This document shows, one piece after another, positions 55,169 through 63,718 of a stretch of 63,718 nt of DNA. The notes under the pieces are model-generated. The model was given only the letters and a program-made list of their open reading frames with translations, was not told the origin of the DNA and did no database searches. This DNA comes from Setoptus koraiensis (Eukaryota; Animalia; Arthropoda): NCBI GenBank assembly GCA_048013815.1, contig CM106586.1:10044001-10107718 (forward strand), written 5' to 3'. Each line of letters begins with the position of its first letter. Position 1 is the first letter of the stretch. The position numbers and the translations under genes are program-made.

Positions 55169-57223
55169 TCATATGGTGCTAAGATCGAACAGTTCTACAA
55201 TAAGAGGTGTTATTTGAGCTGGTTGAAAGTCTTTCGAGAAGAATTTGTTGTATTCTTCGTTGGTTTCATTGATCTTATTGAGTGTGAGCATCAATTTTTC
55301 ATACTTCATTAAAGGTTCCGGGTGAACACACAAAAGATATTCTTTCAAACTGGATAAGTAGTATACATGTTCAGCGTGTATGTCACTACCACCTTCTAAA
55401 TTAGAATAACTAGCAATATCAAATAACAAAATCATGCCCAATATTGCCACAGTGATACGATCTTCTCTGAGGGGCCTGTCAAAAGTCATAAGAAGACTTC
55501 TATGTTTTTCATAAACTGAGCTCTTTTTAGCTTGCTTCAGCACTTCCAGCGATAGTTCACGGTTATTCTTGGTATCTCGCCAACCGCAAATATTGTCAAC
55601 GAAAGTATGAGTTGATCTTAGAATAAGAATTTTAAAACATGCTGTCTTGAGCAGAGCTATCTGATCATCCATCGACAAAATCTTGAACGCGTTGATTTGT
55701 TTGATCGTTTGGATGAATGATCGCAAGGAATAATCGCATAGTTGCACTAGATTTTCCAAAGTGTTTACATCTTTACTCAAAAGGGTAGCACCACGATTGG
55801 GTTCAAATATGAATTTTGACGCCTCTAAAAGTTCGTTGATTCTACGAAGTTGATTTGGGTGTAAATTGATGGAGGACAATCTGTCACGAACTTGTTCATC
55901 ACTTATGCAAGGAAAGGCGAACAATGATTTACCTCCGTCATAAGATAACAAATTGTTTGGATATATGATAGCGGTCGAATTTATGAAGAAGGAATTGCTT
56001 GTGGACGTATCATTTGTTTCGGCCTCCTCAAGTATTAGATCATATGCCTGGGCATTTTGATCGCAATCATTTGAATCAATTTTAGTGTTTGTTGAACCAC
56101 AAGTGACACAATTGCTCTGATTAAAATCTGGAATTGTAAAAGTTGCTGCTGAGTCTGATTGGCAGGAACATGGGGCATCGTTTATCATAGTTCGTTGTAC
56201 CATTTCCGAATTATAAGAGTAACATGGATTACTATAAACATGACTCCTGTTAATGGGGTCTCTTTCTGGCAATGTTTGAGTTTTGGCAATCACAATATTT
56301 TTGCAGTTTAGGCAATCATGAGGACAAAAGAGGAAAGCTGGTCCAGTGCCCTCCATAAGATCAGTTTCATCGGGGCAAGAGGTGCTAGCATCTTTCTTTT
56401 CAATGATTGTTTTTTCGTCGGCGTCCTTTGATTCTTCATTCGAGTTAGTATCAGTCTTTTTCTGTCTGTTTTGAATAATTTTCATTCGCTTCTTATATTT
56501 TTGTTCATCCGAGAGAATCCACTCTCTTTTCATGCCAATTTCAATGCACTTCTTGAGTCTACACCTTGAGCAAAATCGCCTGGTAACTTTGTCTATTACA
56601 CATTTGTCCCCGAACAAGCATTTCAATTTCTCCTTGAATGCATTCCTGCGGAAAAAGGCCTAAATTTTGACCGCAAAACCAATTCAAAAATTTATGCAAA
56701 AATATTGAAAGGGTTAGTGTGAAAGATCGTGATGCAACACTTGATGCGCGCGCGGCATTGACCGGTCACTCAAATGGTCAACAACAATAACAACGATAAA
56801 AACAATAACAAAATAACGAAGACTCACCTTGCATGATTCACACGTAACGGCATTGAAGTTACATGCAATAGCTCTATCGCCGCATACGGCACAAAATTTC
56901 TGCGGTCTGTATTTCTTATCAGATGTTGGGTCAGATACACAAAATGTTTGATGGTCGATCGAGGATGCATTAATATTCCTGGGCGGCGATTTTCTGAATA
57001 ATACCTCTCTATGGTCGCTCTCCGAACAGCCACTATGTGATAATGTGTTTTGTTTACCGTTTCTGATGGCCTTCTTCTTTTTATTATCATTCATTAATTC
57101 AGACATGTACATTAATTCGTTTTTTGCTGTGGATAAATTTCGTGAATCACACTCAGAGGACGACATAGAAGATGAATCAATTGAATTTTGTCTCTCATTT
57201 GAATTAGAATCATCCATATCCAT
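55169..57223 (-). CDS. Nuclear hormone receptor, HR96/DAF-12/NHR-8-like (NR1J); complement(join(55169..56659,56828..57223)), ~628 aa
   Basis: CAVCGDRA..CNFNAVTCESCK|AFFRR across a 168-nt GTGAGT...TTTAG phase-0 intron; second finger CLFGDKC...CSRCRLKKC; LBD FKILSMDDQIALLK; AF-2 TPLIVELFD. The N-terminus could extend via an upstream exon. Confidence 0.9.
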
Positions 57224-57592
57224 TGAGTTTATTTCGTAATTCGACTTGGATCTTGGCTTACTAAGTGTCCTTGAGCGTTGTTGACTGCTACGTTACTATG
57301 GTATCATAAGATATAATTATTATTATCTTTTTATTATTAGTGTTATAGCTGAGCATTAAAGAGGAATTAGTATTATCAAAATTTCTATGATATTAACATT
57401 GATGAGATCGAAATATTTTTTGTTTATTATCATTAATTTTGAAAACATTTCATGTGTTGACGTATTGATAACATTGTAATTACTTATGGGTCTTCTAATG
57501 ATATTAAGATAGAGGTGTGGTGTGACTCACAATATGTGAGAGTTTGTTTTTATGCGCGCGTGTGTGTGTGTATGTGCGTTTGTATGTTTAAA

Positions 57593-58216
57593 TTATCGCA
57601 ATAATTTCGTAGCTCTTTGATTGGCGTTGGTAATGCGTGTCTCATTAGACGTTGCCTTCTGATTGATTCTTTCAAGTTGAGAATTTTGATTTGTTATTTC
57701 ACTGCCCATGTCTATGGCCATATTTTTCAAGTTGCCGATCATGCTGCCCACTTGAGTTAAATTATCTTCCATTTCATCCTCTCTGTCATCATTGGTAATT
57801 CTGGCAACAATTCTAGTTGAAGATGGACCACCTGTGCCATTTCTATTATCTACAACTCTTGTTGGTTGACCATTGACAATTTTGCCGTCATCACTAGATT
57901 TCCACGTACTGGCGTCCTCTTTAAATTCTTTATTCTTTCCACATGGAATGTATACACAAAATCCGCAACATTTTTCCATACCAGTGAGATTTTTCTCTGC
58001 TTCTCTCATGTCAACATTGATTTTGTCCATATCTTCTTCAATTTTATCTAATTGCTCCCCCTGTTCATCCAATCCAACAAGAGTTCGTATGCCAGCCTCC
58101 TTGCTTTCATCACACATTGCTAACATACGTCGTGTGGCCTCAAGTGATTCATCCGTTTTGGCGGATGCCTTATATTGCAGCTCAGCCAATTCACTGCCAT
58201 TCTCTGGACCTGCCAT
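57593..58216 (-). CDS. SNAP25: SNAP-25 t-SNARE, single coding exon, 207 aa
   Basis: TDESLEATRRML...EAGIRTLV.LDEQGEQL; Cys cluster CCGFCVYIPC; second SNARE motif EDEMEDNLTQV...MAIDMGSEITNQNSQL. Confidence 0.95.
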   Translation of the reverse strand: MAGPENGSELAELQYKASAKTDESLEATRRMLAMCDESKEAGIRTLVGLDEQGEQLDKIEEDMDKINVDMREAEKNLTGMEKCCGFCVYIPCGKNKEFKEDASTWKSSDDGKIVNGQPTRVVDNRNGTGGPSSTRIVARITNDDREDEMEDNLTQVGSMIGNLKNMAIDMGSEITNQNSQLERINQKATSNETRITNANQRATKLLR

Positions 58217-58790
58217 GACAATTCCGATCCTACTATACTATGAATAAATAATAATAATGATGCTAAATAATAATAATAATAAAAAAAACAATAATAATCT
58301 AATAATCCTAAAGTGCAGCAAAGCAACAATAGAATTTTTTGCTCCAGTCCCGAAAATTCCCACCACATTGCGCACCGTCGAGTCTCCCACAGACCAAACC
58401 TCTCACCTCCCACACCTCTCCCTAAAAGTGGCCAATGCTCCCTTCGGAACACTTCCGTGATAGAACGAAATTTACAACATATCGAAGGGGAAAATCGAGC
58501 CACTTTTTAACACACACAAGGGGGGGTCGCGCTTTCTTTTTCCGTACAGCAAGCAGCACACAACAACAATCATCTGTGCTCCGGCCATTGACAGAGGGGG
58601 TAAAAGTGGACGAGATTTTTACACGCAATGAGGGGAAACGCTTCAATTTCTTCACTCAGAATCTCTGGAACTGCCCAGTGGAGACAGAAGTAACATGAAA
58701 CAAAAAATATAAATGAGGAAAAAATAAAATCAGCGTCAAGTCAGAGCCAAATCTCTTTGGGGATCCTATTGCCATATTCCGTCGCCAACC

Positions 58791-60109
58791 ATGACAGCGC
58801 CGTCCACTACTGCCAATTCGACCAGTATGGCACAAACAACTCAAACACAGATCAAATTGCAACAGCTACCTCAATACCTCCAGCGAAAGTCCACCAAGAA
58901 AGGATTCGAATTTACACTTATGGTTGTCGGAGTCGCAGGAGTGGGAAAATCTACGCTCATCAATTCGCTGTTTGCCTACGACATTAGAAGGGACGGTAGA
59001 GTGCTGGATGTTGATCAATTGCTCGACAGAACTGTGTCCATAGACAGGCACTGTCTCCAAATCCAAGAGAAGGGTGTCAAGCTACACCTGACTTTGATCG
59101 ATACGCCAGGCTACGGAGATGCTCTGGACTGTGAAGACTCTTTTATAGCCGTGGAGTCTTACGTGGAGGACCAATTTATCCGTTACTTCAAAGACGAATG
59201 TGGATTCGATAGAAAGAATATCCAAGATAACAGAGTTCACTGTTGTTTGTACATGATATCGCCCTTCGGTAGGTCTCTCACACAATTGGACAAAAATGTA
59301 ATGCTACGGTTGCACAAGAAAGTTAACATAATACCGTGCATAGCTAAAGCCGATGCTTTGAATAAAACAGAATTAGCAATTTTTAAACAAAGAGTAATGC
59401 AGGACATTGACGAATGTGGCATAGAGATCTTCAGACTGCCCGAGCTGGAATCGGATGAAGAGATCACTATCAGGCAAGAAAATCAGGAGATAAGAGACTC
59501 CATACCATTTGCCATAGTTTCCTCGACTACAACTGTCGAACTTAATGGACACGCAATCAGAGGAAGACTTTACCCGTGGGGTGTTTGCAACATAAACGAT
59601 CCAACTTGTTCTGACTTTATTAGATTACGATCTTTTTTAAGCATACATATGCAGGATCTCAAGGATCATACCAATGAAGTATTATACGAGAATTACAGAT
59701 CCTCATTTTTAGTCAAAATAACTCAAGATGGGTGAGTACTAAGAAAAAGAAAGAAAAAATATCGCTCAGTCTTAATAGAATGAGAAAAAAAAATCTTATA
59801 TAGAATCTAACCAAGAACATGTGTTTCTTCTTCACCTCCAGACGTCATGATCGTGCCGACGGTGATTTAGATCTTCCCTCACAAACAATAGCAGATATAG
59901 CACTCACAGATCAAGTTTCACGAGATCTGTTGCAACAAAAAGAAGAGGAATTGAGGCAGATGGAGGCGAAACTTGTAATGGTTCAAGAGCAATTGCAAGC
60001 CTTATCATCTGGACCCGTGAGTGAAAATCCCAGCGACGACGAAATGAGTCTTCATAAGATGCGTCGTTATCGACCCCACAACAATTTGGTCAGGGAAGAG
60101 CAAGTTTGA
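58791..60109 (+). CDS. Septin, SEPT2 group (Sep1/Sep4-like); join(58791..59731,59842..60109), ~402 aa
   Basis: RKSTKKGFEFTLMVVG..G.GKSTLINSLF, DTPG, DNRVHCC.Y.ISPFG, AKAD, RGRLYPWG; 110-nt intron GG|GTGAGT...ttcttcacctccag|A (phase 2) joins a coiled-coil exon. Confidence 0.92.
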
Positions 60110-60734
60110 TACTGAAGAGAGTTGTTTCCGTCCAAGAATTTCGCCATGCTACATCCATAAACAGAATTCATGCGTGTATATATACTCCTATGATCGGATA
60201 TCATGTAGGGTATAGTATTACATTTTAAGCCATTTTCGGAACCCCAAGGCGTTTCCACTAGTCAGACTATATCATTTTGTAGGATTCCAAAACCGGTGTC
60301 AAAATTCTGAAAAGAAGCTTTCCTACTTAAATCTACAAGCAATTTCACGCCATTAGCAACTCAATCTTGGTCTAATTGACCCTGATTATTTATTATAGCA
60401 TCTTATTCGTGCATTAAGAAACATTATTTTTTACTATCCAAAATATCTTTGTACCTATATATTATTTAAAACAATATAATTTAATAAAAAAAGATGAATT
60501 TTGTGTTCACCATACAATTCGCGTCAAGCTAGTGTGTATGTTTTTTTTTTACTTGAGACTTTTATCTAGAGTAACATACAATAACAGTACTTAAGGACAG
60601 AAAGGCGCTTGGTAGTTAGTACAATGTGTAAGAATGCTGATAATTGGGATAAAAGATAGTTCGATACACTTATTCTGATCAAATTTATTGATGATCGATA
60701 TTTATTGTGGCAGTCTGTTTCTTGACAGCGTCTT

Positions 60735-62495
60735 TTAGATTCCCAATACTAGTGAAGTTATGCTTTGCGGCTGCAATTCTACACTAAGTGGACTCGTTGA
60801 AGGGTCTCCAACGTTTTCAGTCGTCTTTACACAAACTCTTTTCAAACTGTCAGACAAATTGAGCAGTATCAGGCTCACATGCTTCTTTGAAGGCAAAATA
60901 AATGCAGTAGCCATTATTGAATGATCTCGCGGTGCATTCAATTCATTCTCAGCTTCGTATATTGTCGGACTCTGATGTCGTTTGACCAAATCCAATTGTA
61001 TTCTCTCAGAACCATGTGGTATAAATCTTGAAAAATGACCAATCACGTAATACATAGGATTCTTGTAAAACTTGTCGTTCGAATAATCTACTATTATGGG
61101 ACTGTCAACATAATTTCCGGCCCAATTTGGACCGCCCTTCAAATCTAAGGCCAAATTCCAATCTATCCAACCATTAATATTTCTATTCATATCTTCTATT
61201 ATATCTTTGGCATAGGATATTCCGCGAGACCAATCGCCTAGAATAACTTTTTGTTCGTATGGTCTGGAACCAGTACAAGCCTCTGTCATCAGCATGAATT
61301 CTATTTCATCCTTATGTTTAACGTAGAGTCTGTCAATATAATAATAAGGGATAGTGCCACTCAAATACCAGTGTATTCCCAAACCTGAAACGTATTTTCT
61401 GACAGAAACGTCACTTAATATTTCATCGATTAAAATGTTGACAATGCCAAGACTATCATCACCTATGATCAGTTTGAAATTACTCTTATCATATCCGTGT
61501 TGCTCTAGTAAAGGACCTAGGTGATACTTGATGAAATCTGTCTGTTCTTTTGGTGTAAATTGCAAACTATTGAAAAAATAGAACGGCGCAAAAGCCGATC
61601 CGGGCTCATTCTGCACAGTCATGCCCCACATTGATAGATCATTTTTTTCGTAAGCCCGAAGAAAATTCAATAGATATTTCGCATAGGCTTTGTATGTCTT
61701 GCCCTCGCTTGAGGAGGGACCTCGCAAGAAGCCGCGAACGAACTTGTGATTCGTTTTCATCCACGTCGGCGGCGACCACGACGAGGCAAACAGCTTTAGA
61801 TTGTCACCACGCTCAGCGACCAGTTGTTTGGCCATCTTGATGAATGGTATCTTTAATTTTGTGTCCTCATAGGTTAAACTCCAATATTTCTGCTCATAAT
61901 CTTGTTCCTCTACGTCGTTGTAGGTATATGTGTGATTAGAAAAGTCCGTGCCAGCGATTGGCACTCTTCCAAAGTTGTATTGCAAACCATATTCACCGTA
62001 ATAATTTTCTATTAAAACTTTTGCCAGTTTTTCCGATAAATTGTCTATGTTAATGAGCGACGCATCGGTGAAGGCCCCTCCCCAGCCTAATACTGTCTGG
62101 TACTTTTTAGAGTAATCCAACGTGATCGTGTAGGCGTCAGCTCTTTCTCGACAATCCTGATTATCTCCGGGGCAACCGGTGATTGAATCGTGTGCTGGCT
62201 GAGCAACCTTTTCGCTTGGTGAGTGATATAATGAATACCGGTCGCCTGATTTGCTGCTCACCAGTTTCAAGAATTGTCCTGACTCAGGCCAATCAAAGAC
62301 AAGATTGTCACAATAATCTACCGAGCATTCACAACTTATCCTGGTAGGATTGTGCGGATCATGATGATGAGGCCGACATTTCTTCATAGTCAAACTCTGT
62401 TCTGTCGGATAATTGCATAGTGCCGATGGAATAGTTATGATTATGATTAACTGAACCAAAGTCAACCCAGTTGATATAATTTCTTTTGTTAACAT
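60735..62495 (-). CDS. GBA1: Lysosomal acid glucosylceramidase (GH30_1), single exon, ~586 aa from ATG 62495
   Basis: Signal peptide; GWGGAFTDA; RVPIAGTDFS; catalytic QNEP and MTEAC; GWIDWNLALDLKGGPNWAGNYVDSP; KNPMYYVIGHFSRFI. The track start at 62516 is a GTG. Confidence 0.93.
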   Translation of the reverse strand: MLTKEIISTGLTLVQLIIIITIPSALCNYPTEQSLTMKKCRPHHHDPHNPTRISCECSVDYCDNLVFDWPESGQFLKLVSSKSGDRYSLYHSPSEKVAQPAHDSITGCPGDNQDCRERADAYTITLDYSKKYQTVLGWGGAFTDASLINIDNLSEKLAKVLIENYYGEYGLQYNFGRVPIAGTDFSNHTYTYNDVEEQDYEQKYWSLTYEDTKLKIPFIKMAKQLVAERGDNLKLFASSWSPPTWMKTNHKFVRGFLRGPSSSEGKTYKAYAKYLLNFLRAYEKNDLSMWGMTVQNEPGSAFAPFYFFNSLQFTPKEQTDFIKYHLGPLLEQHGYDKSNFKLIIGDDSLGIVNILIDEILSDVSVRKYVSGLGIHWYLSGTIPYYYIDRLYVKHKDEIEFMLMTEACTGSRPYEQKVILGDWSRGISYAKDIIEDMNRNINGWIDWNLALDLKGGPNWAGNYVDSPIIVDYSNDKFYKNPMYYVIGHFSRFIPHGSERIQLDLVKRHQSPTIYEAENELNAPRDHSIMATAFILPSKKHVSLILLNLSDSLKRVCVKTTENVGDPSTSPLSVELQPQSITSLVLGI

Positions 62496-63267
62496 ATTTG
62501 AAGTCTTTTCTCCCACTACCCATCAGAAATAGTTCATGAGAAAGGAGGCCAATGCTGTGAAAAAAAAAACTATTGTTTTGATTGCGCTTACAATTCAAAT
62601 AAAAAAAAACTGAAAAATCGATTTTTTTTCCTCATTTTCCGGGGTAATGAATTATGTTTTCTTGCTCCCCAGAAACAGGGGTATTCAGATAAGCCAGAGT
62701 CATGTTGAAATGGGCGTCATCAGGAATGAGGTTCACCGGAGGTAGTGATTAAAATCTGACCCTCTCAATGTGTGTATTTATTGTGATTGCACCCGTTTCG
62801 GACTCAACTCGCCGAGATCTTCAAGAAAAGACCCGTTAGAAAAAAATCTGAGAGTTCATACTCCCTAGGTTACAGGTGTACCCTAGGTGTACCTTGTGAG
62901 CGCCAGCTTTGAATCATTCTGCGGCAGCTACAATGACCAGACACTTCTTATCAATAATAATAATTCATTATTTATAACCATCTTCTCAGGATTGATTTTT
63001 CTTATTATTTCCGCTACTTAGACAACTCCAAGCTCCTTGAGTTTAGCCCTCAACTGCCTTGAGAGGGCCTTGGTTGACATTTGGTTCGTCATCAGATATC
63101 TACGAACCAAATTGTCAATATCTTGAACGAAATCAGTGCAAGGACGCTCAGATGGATCGGTATGTGCCGCTAGATTTCATTTGGAATTCTGTAGCCTCTA
63201 CGACAAGCTCCTCCATAACGGAATTAATTGTGGATCCATCTATGTCCGAGACATCGCTATTAGATGA

Positions 63268-63584
63268 CATGACCACCAAGGCCATGCATATTATTGTTGT
63301 GTCTTTGTTCGGCCTTATACAATCACTTTACTGAATGTATGTGGTGCCTTATGTGGCCTCACAATACAAAGAGATGTATACGGATATGTGTCGCAAATCG
63401 ATTTGAATCGCTTCAATTTCACTACACTCAACAGTACTGTCACTGACAACTTGTGAGTATCGTCACCACAATTACGTAATCCCCCTCTCTGTCCATTCAT
63501 CCATTTCGATGCATCCCCACCAGCTCTGCTATGCAGAATTTGGTGCCCAAAAGTGGTTCAGCCTACGCCCATTTATATATAACG
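63268..63584 (+). CDS. Possible exons of an unidentified spliced gene (..63452, 63524..63584)
   Basis: Donor TT|GTGAGT at 63453, 71-nt intron with a strong pyrimidine tract ending CAG at 63523, a 61-nt exon, then ACG|GTAAGT at 63585. The joined frame reads ...NRFNFTTLNSTVTDNFSAMQNLVPKSGSAYAHLYIT; no in-frame ATG found. Confidence 0.3.
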
Positions 63585-63718
63585 GTAAGTGTGCTGGCCG
63601 GATATTGTTTGGTCGTCGGACAGGATATAAGGATAGCAGGTGCGATAAAATTAGCATGTTAATAACACACAAATTGTATCAAGTGTAAATAAATCTAAGG
63701 ATCTAAGGACTTGACGTG

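Noticed and set aside
63018-63169. Minus-strand segment reading DIDNLVRRYLMTNQMSTKALSRQLRAKLKELGVV*
   Set aside because: Protein-like, but I cannot assign a family or link it to upstream exons, and it conflicts with the plus-strand splice evidence.

Overview
Eukaryotic (arthropod-like) genomic DNA; the mix of intron-poor housekeeping genes and an HR96-type nuclear receptor suggests a mite, possibly eriophyoid (inference only). The window has three zones. (1) 1-2.9 kb: intronless IPMK (minus strand, runs off the left edge, absent from the ORF track) head-to-head with GPN1. (2) ~2.9-48 kb: one minus-strand 4-exon gene for a ~2045-aa secreted low-complexity protein ending in a single chitin-binding CBM14 domain (CPAP1-like). 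Its 13-15 kb introns and upstream DNA are built from dozens of unrelated short tandem duplications and fold-back palindromes. (3) 49-63.7 kb: a compact block of APC1, an HR96-like receptor, SNAP-25, a SEPT2-group septin, glucosylceramidase and a possible unidentified spliced gene. The most unusual signals are non-coding: abundant 1-nt-spacer palindromes biased to an A-(G/C)-T centre, CAGGTGAG motifs often locked in hairpins, a candidate 9-nt in-frame microexon, a distant branch point controlling inclusion of the chitin-binding exon, and a 25-aa smORF resembling an amidated cationic chelicerate peptide precursor. All counts were made by eye and are minimum values.
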